Shown here in pieces: positions 26,801 through 41,465 of a stretch of DNA of 64,000 nucleotides (positions within the stretch are counted from its first letter, which is position 1; each line of letters opens with the position of its first letter). The notes under the pieces are model-generated. The model was not told where the DNA came from. It saw nothing but the letters and a program-made list of their open reading frames with translations, and searched no databases. This stretch comes from Hormiphora californensis (Eukaryota; Animalia; Ctenophora). Location of the stretch: positions 3,100,001 to 3,164,000 of the forward strand of contig CM035350.1 in assembly GCA_020137815.1 (NCBI GenBank). Reading direction: 5' to 3'. The position numbers and the translations under genes were made by a program.

Positions 26801-29800
26801 CACTAACCAGATGGTCAGTGCGTGCAAGACCTACATTCTAAAGGATGTCAGTAAGATATGGGAGCTGCCCCGGGACGAGGCCCTCCAGCGAATTGAGGAT
26901 TGCCTCCACCTAAACAAGGAGTACCAGGCGTGCTTTAGACGAACAAAGGAGAAGCTGAAGGAGAGTCCCACTGACAAGCAGTTTGATTTCTCCGAGAAGT
27001 ATATCTTCGGAAAGTTTGAGATTTTCGCCCGCCGACTTGAGAAGGTGAACGACATGCTCCAGACCATGGACCGATTCAGTATCCTAGCTGTTAGTAAGAT
27101 TGAGGGTATGGAAAGTCACAACAAACAGTGGAGTGCAATTGTGGGCATGGCAAAGAAGAAGAATTACGACATCCTCGATCACAGGAGGCAGGAATTCGAA
27201 ACGGACTATGATGACTTCCTTCGTGGCGTTGAGATGCTCCAGGGGAAGCTACAGAAGTTCATGGAGAGCTGCGTAGAAAGGCAAAGCAGTGTAAGTGTTT
27301 AGGAAAGATCGGGCAAAAAATCATAAATGGGTAGTGGAAGGTGGGTAGATAGACATACCATCTTCTACTGCACTTTACTTGGGTTGAGCTATCTTTGATT
27401 ACACTATGTTTTCAGACCTGGAAGGCTCTCTGTATGCTGAAGAGGTTCGAGGATATGCCCCAGCTTCAACTTGATCTAGAGGAGAAATGGTTCAAATGTC
27501 TCATTTCATACGGAAAGTAAGTGCCTAATCCCGTTAGAAATAGCTGCTATTATTTTATTACCCCAAGCATTTTTTCGTTTCCTAATCTTCGTTTATAACA
27601 CCAACTTTTCCTCACAGGGATTTAGAGAACATCAGGAAGCAGTATCAGAAACAGAAAGATAACCCTCCACTACCCCGAAACATGCCACCCATCTCAGGTC
27701 GGATCGCCTGGGCCCGGCAGCTTTACGAAGTCATTGACAGACCCATGCAGACCCTGAGTGCCAAAAAGCAGATCCTAAACACAGGAGAGGGCAAGAAGAT
27801 CGTCAAGAATTTCAACCGGATGGCTGCGGTTCTTGTCGAGTTTGAAGTCCTGTACCATCAGGGATGGCAGAAAGCCGTCGAGAAGGCCATTACAGGACTC
27901 AAATCATCCCTTCTTGTGGAGCACCCCGAGACTAAGAAGCTGTATGTGAACATGGACCCCCACGTGTGGGAGCTCCTCAGGGAGACCAGGATCTTGATGC
28001 TCATGGATCTGGAGGTTCCAGAAGCAGCCAAGTCTCTCCGAATCAACATCTTTACGATGAAGCATAACTGGACCAGGCTGGAAACTATCCTGGCGGACTA
28101 CGAGTCACTCATCAAGCAGATCCCCAAGATCTTCCTGCGAGCTATGGGACCCATAATATCGAGGGTAGAGGAAGCCATCAAGCCGGGCAAGTCCATCATG
28201 TCGTGGACCTCCATGAACCTGGACAGCTACACCAAGAACATCTATGTAGAGCTGAACAACTTGGAGAAGGTTATGAGGAGGGTGCGGGATATGCACGATG
28301 TCCAGTTGGAGAGTGTTCTGGCGGGTATTGCTGCCTCTCCTCTTGTCGAGATCCCCATGGAGGAGATCTACTCTGTGGACGAGTTCCTGGACATGTTTGA
28401 GAGGGAGGCCGCTGCCAGTGGTATCAAACTGAAGAGACAGCTAGAGCTGGTGGAGTCGTCCCTGCACGATATCGTGAACTATCTGAAACAGAACTACAGT
28501 GAACACGAGTTAGTGGGGCTGGATGACCAACTAAAGTGTCTCCGACCCGAGGGAAAGAACCAGACCCGATGTATGGAGTGTTTGCCATGTTGTATCTTCA
28601 ATGTTATCCAGCACTTCCACTCCAGGTCCACTGAGGCCCTGGTCAGGTCCACCCGGAACTCCCTGGATGCCATCAGGCGCAGGTTCATGATCTCAACCGC
28701 CAACCAGTTCATGAAGTCTTCTCGTGAGAGCACAGAGCCCCGACCACCCCTATTCAAAGCTAGTATCTGCCTGGCAATCCCGCAGACAGTTATGAAGCCC
28801 TCTCTGGACGATATCCAGGGTTGCCTAAACAAGGCTGTCCAGATGTTGCTACACGCCTGCCAGACCGTCAAGGACTGGGGTAAACCTGATCCAGAGGATG
28901 GCCGACACAAGGTGTTCTGGAAGGCCATCAGCGAGCACAAGGATATCCAGAAGGTGGTAATCATCCTCAATACTATAGTAAACAGCACTATAGTGGAGAT
29001 CAACACAGCCCTGGCTAGCTTTTCCCACTATAACTACTTGTGGAAGGATGACAAGGATACCGATATGGAACAATTCCTTGCCATCGAGCCCACTCTCTCC
29101 GAGTTTGAAGCCAAGATCTCATTCTACGAGAAGGAGGCTGTTGAGATCCATAGTTTGAGTGCAGATAAGCAGGTCGGAGCTATCCTGCTAAAGAGTGAAC
29201 CTCTCAGACTATCCCTCAAGGCAGAGTGCGATAACTGGAAAAACAAGTTCGCCACCTGTCTAAACCAAAGAGTCAGAACTGACATGACCGACCTAATTGA
29301 ATTCATTAACGAGATGTCCAAGAAACTTGGTAGGCAGATTAGTGATCTTGATGATGTTAGGAATGCCATGGCCGCTCTCAGCAAAATGAGGGAGGCGGAG
29401 ATAAAGGTTGACATGACTATTGGTCCTCTGGAGGAAGCATACGCCATGTTATCTCGACACGAGTGTCACGTAATGCGAGAAGAGGTAGAGAATGTGGACA
29501 CCCTCCAGTACCGGTGGAGCAAGGTGCTCTCCCAATCTCACAAGATCCAGAATCACCTCCTGACCATCCAACCTACATTCAGGGAGTCGCTGGTTAACAA
29601 CATCACGGTCTACAGGGACACAGTTGACAACTTCTTGGTGGATTATGATGGTAAGGGCCCCATGGAGCTGGGTATCTCGCCCCAGGAGGCCAGCGAGAGG
29701 GTCAGTATCTTCCAGGTTAAGTTCGATGATATGTGGCAGAAATACGAGACCTACTCGGGTGGAGAGGAGTTGTTTGGACTGACTGTTACCGAGTATCCCG

Positions 29801-32800
29801 AGCTCCACAAGATTAAGAGAGAGCTGAATCTCCTCCAGAAGTTGTACGGTCTGTACAATGACGTCATCAATACCGTGAACGGGTACTACGACATTCTCTG
29901 GGTTGAGGTGGACATTGAGCAGATCATGAACGAGCTGAACGACTTCCAGAACAAGTGCAGGAAACTACCCAAGGGTCTCAAGGACTGGGAGGCCTTCCTG
30001 GACCTCAAGAAGAAGATTGATGACTTTAATGAGAGTTGTCCTCTCTTGGAGATGATGGCCAATAAGGCGATGGAGAAGAGACATTGGCAGAGGATTGAGG
30101 ATCTCACCAAATACAAGTTCGATATTGAGAGTGAGACATTCCAGCTGCGTGATATCATGAAGGCTCCCCTCCTCACCTACAAGGAGGACATCGAGGACAT
30201 TTGTGTAGCAGCAGTCAAGGAGAGAGATATTGAGGGCAAACTGAAACAAGTCACTGCTGAATGGAGCACCCAGGAATTCTCCTTCGGTAACTTCAAGACG
30301 CGTGGTGAGATGTTGCTGAAGGGTAACGAAACTGCCGAGATTGTCTCCCTGATGGAGGACTCTCTTATGATTCTAGGATCTCTTCTGAGTAACCGATACA
30401 ACGCACCCTTCAAGGCTAACATCCAGAAATGGGTGGCTAATCTGACCGGAACTACTGAGATTATTGAGCAGTGGCTACTCGTACAGAACTTGTGGATCTA
30501 TCTTGAGGCTGTGTTTGTCGGTGGTGACATTGCCAAGCAGCTACCCCAAGAGGCCAAGAGGTTCCAGAATATTGACAAGAGTTGGGCCAAGATCATGGCG
30601 TATGCCCACGAGAATCCCAATGTTGTTCAGTGCTGTGTCGGGGATGAAATGCTCGCTCAGCTCCTACCCCATCTTCTAGAACAGCTGGAGATTTGCCAGA
30701 AATCACTCACTGGCTACCTCGAGAAGAAACGTCTCCTCTTCCCCCGATTCTTCTTTGTGTCTGATCCTGCTCTTCTTGAGATCCTCGGTCAGGCCTCTGA
30801 TTCTCATACCATCCAGAACCATCTTCTGTCCGTGTTTGACAACGTTAAGAATGTTACATTTGACGAGAAAGTGTACGATAAGATCCTGGAGATTATCTCC
30901 CAGGAGGGAGAAGTAGTTGACTTGGTTACCACCGTCATGGCCCAGGGTAATGTCGAGAATTGGCTGAGTGCCCTCCTTAAAGCAGCCCAGGAGTCTGTCC
31001 ACTTTGTTATCCGTACTGCCAGTATGGCCCTGAGTGATCCAGCATTCAAGTTGGTTGAGTTCCTGTTCAGTTACCAAGCCCAGGTCGGTCTCCTCGGCAT
31101 CCAGATGCTGTGGACTAAGGAGGCGGAGGTGGCTATGAGCCAGGCCCGTTCTGACAAGAAGATAATGCCCCAGACTGACCAGAAGTTCCTGGATATGCTG
31201 AACATGCTGATTGAGGTGACAACTCGAGAGCTCACCAAGATGGAGAGGACCAAGTTTGAAACTTACATTACCATCCACGTCCATCAGAGGGACATCTTCC
31301 ACGACCTTGTGGCCCTGCACGTCAAGTCCATCAACGACTTCGAGTGGACCAAACAGAGCAGATTCTACTTTGATGATGATAACGATACATGCAACATTTC
31401 CATCACCAATGTTGACTTTATCTACCAGAATGAGTTCCTGGGTTGTACGGACAGGCTTGTCATTACACCCCTCACTGATAGGTGTTACATCTCTATCGCA
31501 CAGGCGCTACACATGAGCCTGGGAGCCGCTCCGGCCGGTCCAGCCGGGACTGGAAAGACGGAATCCACCAAGGACATGGGTCGGTGTTTGGGCAAGTTTG
31601 TTGTTGTCTTCAACTGCTCCGATCAGATGGATTTCCGAGGTTTGGGTCGTATCTACAAGGGTCTCGCCCAGTCTGGTTGCTGGGGCTGCTTTGATGAGTT
31701 CAACCGAATTGAGTTGCCTGTCTTGTCTGTGGCTGCTCAGCAGATTGCCATTGTTCTACAGTGTAAGAAGGAGAGAAAGAAGGAGTTCATATTTACTGAT
31801 GGTGATAATGTCAGCATGGACCCTGAGTTTGGTCTCTTCTTGACCATGAACCCTGGTTATGCTGGTCGGCAGGAGCTGCCCGAGAACCTCAAGATCAACT
31901 TCAGGACAGTTGCTATGATGGTACCCGATCGTGAGATCATTATGAGGGTGAAACTCGCCTCTGTTGGTTTCGTTACTAATGTTGTCCTAGCTGGCAAGTT
32001 CTTTACCCTCTACAAACTTTGTGAGGAACAGTTGTCCAAACAGGTCCATTATGATTTCGGGCTGAGGAATATTCTCTCTGTGCTCCGTACTATGGGAGCC
32101 TTCATGAGGGCTAACAAAGAGATGTCTGAGGACTCTGTGATGATGAAAGTTATGAGAGACATGAACTTGTCCAAATTGGTGGATGAAGATGAACCTCTCT
32201 TCCTTTCACTCATTGACGATCTCTTCCCCTCCCTGGTGCTGCCCACTGTCGGATACCCAGAACTAGAGGCCTGCCGTAGCGGAGAAGGTCACTGAGATGA
32301 ATCTTGTCTTCCATCCTCCATGGATCCTAAAGGTTATCCAGCTCTTCGAGACTCAGAGAGTACGTCACGGTATGATGGCTCTGGGACCCTCTGGTGCGGG
32401 TAAAACAGTCTGTATCCAGGTGTTGATGAGGTCCATGACGGCAATGGGTCAGCCCCATAAGGAGCTGAGGATGAACCCCAAGGCGATCACTGCACCTCAG
32501 ATGTTCGGTCGATTGGATGTCTCCACTAACGACTGGACTGATGGTATCTTCTCCACTCTATGGAGAAAAACTCTGAAAATGAAGAAGACTGAATATGTCT
32601 GGCTGGTCCTTGATGGACCCGTGGACGCTATCTGGATTGAGAACCTCAACTCTGTACTGGACGATAACAAGACACTGACCCTGGCTAACGGTGACAGGAT
32701 CCCCATGTCCCCCAACTGTCACATTATCTTCGAGGTGCATAACATTGACAACGCCTCCCCCGCTACTGTATCTCGTAACGGTATGGTGTTCATGTCTGCA

Positions 32801-35800
32801 TCTGTTCTGGACTACTCTCCCCTTACTGAGGCGTGGATCAACAAGCTGCCACCCATGCAGGCTGATGTCTTTAGACCACTGATCGAGCACTGCTTCGCCG
32901 AGGCATACAACTGCTACCTCACCCAACTAAACCCCAAGATGGATATCCTAGAGTCTATGTTAGTTTCCCAGTTCATTAGCATCGTTAATGGTCTACTACC
33001 CCCTGCCGACGCAGCCAAACAGCCAACCCCGGCCCACCTGGAGCGACTCTTTGTGTTCGCCCTAATGTGGAGTCTGGGTGCCATTCTCGAGCTGGACGAC
33101 AGGATCAAGTTTGCTACTTTCCTGGAGGAAAAGGGAGGTTTGAGCCTGCCAACCTGTTCCGGCGGTACCACAATATTCGAGTACTATGTAAACGATGGCG
33201 GTGAGTGGGATCACTGGCAGTCAAAGGTTGAGGAGTTCGTCTACCCCAAGGATAGTGTGCCCCGTTACGACTCGATCCTAGTTCCCAATGTTGACAACAC
33301 CTGTACTGAATTCCTGGTGGACACCATCGCCAAGCAGGGTAAGGGTGTCCTGTTGATTGGAGAGAGCGGTACTGCCAAGACCGTCATCATCAAGGCATAC
33401 TGTGGAAAGTATGACCCGGAGGATCACCTCTACAAGTCCCTCAACTTCTCCTCTGCCACCTCTCCAGGCCTCTTCCAGGCAGCCATAGAGAGCTATGTAG
33501 ACAAGAGGATGGGTAGCACGTATGGACCCCCTGCTGGCAAGAAGATGACTGTCTTTGTGGATGACATCAACATGCCCATCATCAACGAGTGGGGAGACCA
33601 GATTACCAATGAGATTGTGAGACAGCTCATGGAGAATAAGGGCTTCTACAATCTTGACAAGCCTGGTGACTACACCTCCATTGCTGATGTACAGATAATG
33701 GCTGCCATGAGTCACCCTGGTGGCGGTAGGAATGACATTCCTGAGCGGCTGAAGCGGCAATTCTGTACTTTCAACTGTACCCTACCCTCCAACAGTTCCA
33801 TGGATCTCATCTTCAAGACCATCGCTGGAGGATACTTCATCCCTGAGAGGCAGTTTGTTGCCGAGGTTTCTGAGGTGATGATGCAGCTGGTGCCCATCAC
33901 TAGGACCCTCTGGCAGGCGGTCAAGAAGAAGCTCCTTCCTACCCCGGCCAAGTTCCATTACATTTTCAACTTGCGAGATCTCAGTAGGATCTGGAAGGGC
34001 TGCCTCAAGGTCACGGGAGATATCCTGAACACTAAGGAGGCCGCTCTTAACCTCTGGTACAACGAGGTTAACAGGGTAATTGCTGATCGGTTTACCACCC
34101 ACAAGGATTGTGATTGGCTGCATAGTAAAACTATTGAGGTATTGGGAGAACATCTGGATGAGACATTGGCTAATAATATCGAGCGGGATACCTTCTTCGC
34201 AGATTTCATGCGAGAACCCCCTGAGCCAACGGGTGAGGAGCCAGACGATGCTGTGTTTGAGGCACCCAAGATTTACGAGCAGGTGGATGTTCATGATGAA
34301 CTGCCCGCCCGGCTAAAGTCGTACCAGGAACTGTACAATGAAAATGTCAGGGGCTCCCCCATGGATCTCGTGTTCTTCAAAGATGCTGCTGTCCATCTAC
34401 TAAGGATCTCCAGGATTCTCTCCATGCCCATTGGTCATGCTATGTTGGTGGGGGTTGGTGGATCTGGTAAACAGTCCCTGACCCGTCTAGCATCCTTCAT
34501 TGCCGGTTACGATATCTTCCAGATCACCCTTAGCAGGACTTACAACGCTCAAAATCTCCTGGATGACCTGAAGGTGCTGTACCGAACAGCCGGAGTAAAG
34601 GGCAAGGGAGTCACCTTCATCTTTACTGACAATGAAATCAAGAATGAGGACTTCCTGGAGTCCATGAACAACGTCATTGCGTCAGGTGAGGTTTCTGGCA
34701 TGTTCCAGAGGGATGAGATCGATGAGATTTTGGGAGAGATTGCACCGGTGATGAAGAAAGAGATGCCACGACATCCCCCAACCAACGAGAATCTCTATGA
34801 GTACTTTATCAACAGGGTCAAACAGAACCTCCACGTTGTGCTGTGCTTCTCCCCTGTTGGTGAGAAGTTCCGAACACGATCCCTCAAGTTCCCAGGTCTG
34901 TTCTCCGGTTGTACCATGGATTGGTTTATGAGGTGGCCCAAGGAGGCCCTTGCGGAGGTCTCCAACCACTTCCTCAACAACTATGAGATGGACACACCGT
35001 CCGATGTAAAGGCTAGCATTACAGAGAGCATGGGTACCATCCACGACGGAGTAGCCGAGACATGTATTGAATACTTCAATAGGTACAGGAGGCAGGCTCA
35101 CGTCACCCCCAAGAGTTACCTTGCATTCTTGACCGGATACAAGGCCATCTACTCTGAGAAGTACGCTGAGATCAAAATGTTGGCATCCAGGATGGAGACA
35201 GGTTTAGCTAAGTTGTTAGAGGCGTCCCAGAGTGTTGCTGAACTTAGTGAAATGCTGGTCGTTAAGGAGAAAGACCTCGCTATTGCTAGTAAAGAGGCGG
35301 ATGTTGTACTACAGGAGGTGACTGTCTCTGCTCAGGCTGCAGAGAAGGTGAAAGCTGCCGTCCAAAAAGTGAAAGATAAGGCCCAGGCTATTGTCGATGA
35401 GATCTCGAAAGACAAGCTTATTGCGACCACCAAACTGGCAGCTGCCGAACCAGCCCTTCTAGAGGCCGAGCGGGCTCTGTCTACCATCAAGGCGGCTGAT
35501 ATTGCAACTGTCAGGAAGCTAGGAAAACCACCTCATCTTATTATGAGAATTATGGACTCTTGCTTACTGCTCTTCCAGAAAGGTGTCAGCAAGGTGACCA
35601 TGGATCCAGACCGGCCTGGCTTCATCAGTTGTAACTGGGGCGAGTCCCTGAAGCTGATGGGAGACACCAAGTTCCTTGGAAATCTCTTGAACTTCCCCAA
35701 AGATACCATCAACGATGAAGTGGTGGAGTTGTTGGAGCCATATCTGGCGGCAGATGATTTCAACCTGGAGAGAGCCAAGGCTGTCTCTGGAAATGTGGCT

Positions 35801-38800
35801 GGTCTGCTGAGTTGGTGCCGAGCTATGAGCTTCTTCTTCAGCATCAACAAGGAGGTCCTACCCCTCAAGGTACTACATAAGATAGTTCAGTTGTGTGTGT
35901 AATTTCTGTTTTAATTTGGTAGCTTGTTATGTATATCTCTCTTTACAATCGTTACTAATATCCCTCCTCGTTTCAGGCGAATCTGGCAGTACAGGAAGGG
36001 AAGGTTGGTTATCGCAGGAGACCGATCTGGCCGAGGCCCAGGCCCAGCTCGATGAAAAGCAGAAGGAGCTTGATTTCGTGCAGGCCAAATACGATGAGGC
36101 CATGTCCACTAAACAGACTCTACTTGATGATGCAGAGGCTACACGGAGGAAGATGTCTAACGCCACTGCACTTATTGAGGGTCTGGCGGGAGAGAAGACT
36201 AGGTGGACCGAGGCTGGGCTGAGGTTTGCAGACCAGATTAGGAGACTAGTTGGAGATGCCCTCCTCTGTACCGGTTTCCTCTCCTTACTTCGGGTCCATT
36301 CAACCAGGAGTTCCGAGATCTCTTGATCAAGAACTGGAAGACACTCCTTATGAGGAGTAAGATTCCATTCTCAGATGACCTCGATCTGATTAAGATGTTG
36401 GTGGATAACGCAACGTCCGGAGAATGGATCCTCCAGGGTCTACCCACGGACAACCTGTCCATTCAGAATGGTATCATCGTTACCAAAGCAGCACGGTATC
36501 CCCTGCTTATCGATCCCCAGGGCCAGGCTGTGCTTTGGATCAAGAAGAAGGAGAAAGATAACGAGTTGACGGTGTCCCAGCTGAACAACAAGTACTTCAG
36601 GACCCACCTGGAAGATGCCCTATCTCTGGGTAGACCCTTCCTACTGGAGGATGTCGAGGAAGAATTGGACCCCGCACTGGACAACGTGTTAGAGAAGAAC
36701 TTTGTGAAACAGGGTTCAACCTTTAAGGTGAAGGTGGGAGACAAGGAGTGTGATGTCATGACTGGATTCACCATGTACATCACTTCAAAACTACCCAACC
36801 CCATGTATACCCCTGAGATCTCTGCCAGGACCAGTATTATTGACTTCACCGTCACCCAGAAGGGTCTCGAAGACCAGCTACTCGGTCGGGTGATCGTCAC
36901 GGAGAAAGCAGAGCTGGAGAGTGAAAGGAACAAGTTGATGGAGGAAGTCAATGCGAACAAGAAGAGGATGCAGGATCTAGAGGATAACCTCCTGAAGAGG
37001 CTGACTGAAACCCAGGGATCCCTTGTTGAGGACGAGGACCTCATTGTGGTGCTGCAGGTCACGAAGAAGACCGCCCAGGAAGTCAGTGAGAAGCTGAGCA
37101 CCGCCGCGGAGACGGAGATCAAGATTAACAATGCTCGAGAGGAGTACCGACCAGTTGCTACCAGGGGTTCCATCCTCTATTTCTTAATTGTCAGTATGTC
37201 AATGGTGAATTGCATGTACCAGACATCTCTAAACCAGTTCCTGCAAGAGTTCGATACCTCCCTGGCCAGGTCTGAGAAATCTCCCATCACCGCCAAGAGG
37301 ATCAATTCCATTATCGGCTTCCTAACCTTCCACATCTTCAAATACACTGTACGGGGTCTATACGAGGAGGACAGGTTCCTCTTCACCATGTTGCTCGCCC
37401 TCAATGTCGACCTGAACAGTGGTCGACTAAGGATGGAGGAGTTTACCACCTTCTTCAAGGGAGGTGCTGCTCTCGATCTGAACTCTGTGGAGCCTAAACC
37501 CAAGAAATGGATCATGGACATGACCTGGTTGAACCTGGTACAGCTGAGTAAACTCACGCGGTTCTCCCAGATTCTCGGGCAAGTTGCCAGGAATGACAAG
37601 GCATGGAAGGCCTGGTTTGACACGGATGCTCCTGAGGAGAGTGATATCCCGGATTACAAGTTCAATCCCGAGGAGGCGTTTAGCAAGCTGCTCCTTATTA
37701 GGTCCTGGTGTCCTGACCGTATCATCCCACAGGCTCGTCACTACGTGAACAGTAGTGTGGGTAAGAAGTTTACCGAAGCGGTGATCCTCAATTACCCCTT
37801 ACTTCACGAAGAGAGCACCAACAGAACACCCCTCATCTGCTTCCTCAGCATGGGATCCGATCCCACTGAGAGTATCAAACAGTTCGCCAAGAAGAAGAAG
37901 ACAGAGTGCAGGGACATCTCCATGGGACAGGGTCAAGAAATTCCCTCGCGGCGTATCCTTAACCAGAGCTTCCAGGATGGTGGATGGGTCCTCTTCCAGA
38001 ACTGCCATCTCGGTCTGTCCTTCATGGACGAGGTGCTGGAGACAGTCCTCACCACGGAGAACGTGAACCCTGGATTCCGGCTGTGGGTCACTACCGAGCC
38101 ACACCCCAAGTTCCCCATCAACTTCCTACAGAACTCCATCAAGTACACCAATGAACCACCCCAGGGTATCAAGGCGGGTCTATCCCGGACCTACAACAAT
38201 ATCGCCCAGGAGCATCTTGACATTTCGAGCACCTTCCAATGGAAGCCCATGTTGTATGATCTGGCCTTCCTCCACACCACCGTACAAGAGAGGAGGAAGT
38301 TCGGACCTCTCGGCTGGAACATCCCCTACGAGTTTAACCAGTCGGATTTCAGTGCCTCCCTACAGTTCGTACAGACTCATTTGGATGACATGGACCCTAA
38401 GAAGGGAGTCAGCTGGGTGTGTGTCCGGTACATGGTGGCCGAGGTCCAGTACGGTGGCAGGGTGACTGATGACTTTGACAAGATTCTCCTCAACACCTAC
38501 TGTCGTGCCTGGATGAGCGAGAACATCTTCCAGAACAACTTCTGCTTCTACAAGGGCTACAAGATTCCTAACTTTGCCAAGGTTGAGGAGTACCTAGATT
38601 TCATTAACAACGAGCTACCTGACGTGGACACCCCTGAGGCGTTCGGACTTCATCCCAACGCTGACATCACCTACCAGACTAACACAGCGAATACCCTTCT
38701 GGAGAAGATTATCAACATCCAGCCCAAGGACAGCGGTGGTGGTGGAGGTGAGACGAGGGAGGAGCTGGTCTACAGACTCGCTGCTGAGATGTTGGAGAAG

Positions 38801-40168
38801 GTCCCCGAGGACTTTGTCCCTCACGAAGTGAAGGCGAGGTTACAAAAGTACGGTATTTTCCATCCAATGAATATCTTCTTGAGGCAAGAGATTGACAGGA
38901 TTCAGAAGGTGTTGACCATTGTAAAACACACTCTAAAGGACCTCCAGCTGGCTATTGATGGTACCATCATCATGAGTGACGCCCTCAAGGATGCCCTGGA
39001 CAACATTTTCGATGCCCGTGTGCCCTCTAACTGGGCGAAGGTGTCCTGGGACAGTTCCACCCTTGGATTCTGGTTCACCGAACTCCTTGAGAGGGACTCC
39101 CAGTTCAAGACATGGATCTTTGAGGCTAGACCGAACGTCTTCTGGCTGACTGGATTCTTTAACCCTCAGGTACAAAACATGATGAGTTATCAGTCCACTT
39201 TTAAACCTGAAACTGGTTTAAAATATGAAATAACAATCCACCCCACTTTCAGGGTTTCCTGACGGCTATGCGACAGGAGATTACCCGAGCCCACAAGGGT
39301 TGGGCCCTCGATTGTGTCCAGCTGTTCAATGAGATGACAAAGATGAACAGAGAGGATGTCAGCAGGTACGTGACTTCATTAATTTAGCTGTCTTAGTAAC
39401 TAGTTTGCCTTACTAAGACAAACTAATTACTAAGACTCGACATTAAATTATAAGAAACCCCATGATAACCACTTACTATTTCCCATGGTAACCACTTACT
39501 ATTTCCCATGGTAACCACTTACTATTTCCCATGGTAACCACTTACTATTCCCCATGGTAACCACTTACTATTCCCATGGTAACCACTTACTATTCCCATG
39601 GTAACCACTTACTATTTCCCATGGTAACCACTTACTATTCCCATGGTAACCACTTACTATTCCCATGGTAACCACTCTCATTCCTCAGCTCGCCTACTGA
39701 TGGTGTTTACATTTACGGTCTGTCACTGGATGGCGCTGGTTGGGACAAGAGGGGCATGAGACTTGTTGAGCCATCTCCCAAAGTTCTCTTCTGCATGCTA
39801 CCAGTTGTACACATGTTCGCAGTAAACGAGATGACCAAGGAACAAAAGGCACAAAAGGTACGTGTGGTTTAGGATAATTACAAGTTTATCATATATCATT
39901 ATTTGAGTCGATTGACACCGTGTCCGTGCTCCGCATTTGTACATGTTAATTAATATTAGTATGTGGAGAAGTTGTTGCATACCTTCAATGTCTATTAGTT
40001 AGACTCTAACATCTTCTATCCCCCTACTATCAGGTGTACGAGTGTCCGGTGTACAAGAAACCCCAGCGAACTGATCTGACCTATATCACCAACATCCGGT
40101 TGAAAACCAATCAGTCCCCAGATTACTGGACCCTCCGTGGCGCTGCCCTCCTAGCCGATATTAAGTAA
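23838..40168 (+). CDS. DNAH5: Axonemal outer-arm dynein heavy chain, DNAH5/DNAH8 (gamma-HC) type
   Basis: N-terminal tail ([34 protein letters not shown]); four P-loops [32 protein letters not shown]; C-terminus [14 protein letters not shown]. Exons approx. 24990-25072, 25216-25308, 25466-25896, 26084-26155, 26332-27290, 27417-27516, 27618-35869, 35978-39169, 39253-39364, 39689-39857, 40034-40168. Two candidate first-exon sets. Frameshifts near 32270, 36000 and 36285 are probably errors. Confidence 0.95.
24193..24206. promoter_or_regulatory. RFX X-box (perfect palindrome GTTACCATGGTAAC)
   Basis: Matches GTTNCCATGGNAAC, ~310 bp upstream of the dynein ATG at 24518. Further X-box-like sites lie at ~23293 (gtcgccttagcaac), ~24302 and ~25374 (gtagctatggcaac). 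Confidence 0.7.
26162..26222. repeat. Intronic ~21 bp repeat x3 with X-box core (ACCATAGCAAC)
   Basis: gtcaccatagcaac / caccaccatagcaac / attaccatagcaac, just after a dynein donor site. Confidence 0.75.
39458..39676. repeat. Intronic 22-23 bp minisatellite x10 with X-box core (TTCCCATGGTAAC)
   Basis: Unit cccatggtaaccacttactatt(t); the array ends ~12 nt before the acceptor at 39688. Confidence 0.95.
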
Positions 40169-40485
40169 ACACTGCGTTTAAAACTGATCTAATGGATAAC
40201 GGACTGGATGTGTGCGTGTGTGTAACGTGTGAATGATAATAAGTTATTGTTTTAGACACCTTAAATTTAACCCTTTTTAACCCTTTACTACCCTGGTTCG
40301 CTAAAAAAGAAAAAACCGGGCATTTATAATTGTCGCATGTATGTTTTATACCTTTTGAAAAAGTATGAGAAAGTTTTTTTCGGTTTGTTTAAACCCTGTG
40401 TATACAAAATGTATAAAAATCGCCTGTACATATATATTATTTGATTTTTCCACAACTTTAATTTGGCTCCTTTGTTGTCTCATAT

Positions 40486-40623
40486 AAAATAGACAAGCAG
40501 ACATTTGTTTTGTTCAAACAAGGCAAGCAAACATGGTATGGAATCACTGCTTCTTATCGCTCCTGTCAGGCCAATGCTCTGACAGTATAGCTCAGAACAT
40601 ACACACTCATGCTTGTCTATTTT
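40486..40623. mobile_element. Small inverted-repeat element containing the dispersed CTGTCAGGCCAATGCTCTGACAG hairpin
   Basis: aaaatagacaagca ... tgcttgtctatttt termini; hairpin at 40563-40585. Confidence 0.5.
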
Positions 40624-40711
40624 TCAAATGGAATCGGCAAGGAAAGGGGATTCATATCATATATTAGTATTACGACCTAATATATTGAAATCTGAGCTCC
40701 TGTGAATACTA

Positions 40712-40882
40712 CAGTCGGACCCCGATTTAAGGGCCCCCAATTTAGTGGCACCCCGATTTAGGGACAGGATTTTTTTCCCCGATATAGGAAATTAACCTTA
40801 TTTGAACCCGATTTAGTGGACACCCCGATTTAGTGGACAAGAGCCTTTCCCCCGAGGGTGTCCCTAAATCGGGGTCCGACTG
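40712..40882. mobile_element. pogo/Tigger-like MITE with TA TSD
   Basis: TA-CAGTCGGACCCCGATTTA ... TAAATCGGGGTCCGACTG-TA. Degenerate relatives lie at ~45856-45924 and ~59880-59940. Confidence 0.88.
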
Positions 40883-41465
40883 TATTTAATAGTATAAAGA
40901 TGGTGGCTACGTTATAGCAGAACCGGGAGTAGTGAGATCGAGATTCGTTTGGTAATGAAATTGACCCTCAGCAAAAGCTCACGGATGTGACTTCGTAACC
41001 AAAAGATTCGTAGTCCTGTGACGATTGTCAGCGCTCGCTGTGAGTCTGCTCAATCGCGCGCATGCACGTGCAAAACTGATGTACAGTGTGTCGTTTGTGT
41101 GTGCGTGGAATATTCCCCTTCATTTCTTGTACACTTGCTCTGTGTGTTGTGCTGGGGTTGTGCTGTTTAAACCCTTGCTGGTAATTGTATTCATGATTAC
41201 AGCATTAGTTGCTGTTGCAGTAGATGTTGTTGCACTTGCAGGTGAGTTGTGGTGTTATCTGGTCGAGGGTGGGTTGCCCCTTGCCGTGCTCGACTCTCTC
41301 GACCTCCCCAGTCCCCAACCATGACCCGCGATGGCAAATATCTTAAAGTTAAAAAGGAGGGTCATAACAAAGGGTGGGGTAGACCGGTAAAAACGGCAAA
41401 ACATAATCTGGGAGGGATTCGGGTGATGGGCATTGGGCATGGTTTTTCAATCAGTCTACTATAAT

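Noticed and set aside
32260-36330. Dynein as a split gene or pseudogene (frameshifts near 32270, 36000, 36285)
   Set aside because: The protein is highly conserved on both sides. Similar single-base insertions occur in the PRDM, Kv, LDLa and CCDC169-like genes, pointing to consensus errors; raw reads are needed to confirm.
27858-39175. Numerous antisense ORFs within the dynein
   Set aside because: These are the expected shadow ORFs of a long codon-biased CDS.
39458-39676. CRISPR-like array (also considered for 56409-56660 and 10185-10672)
   Set aside because: These are head-to-tail repeats with no unique spacers and no cas genes, in a eukaryotic intron context.
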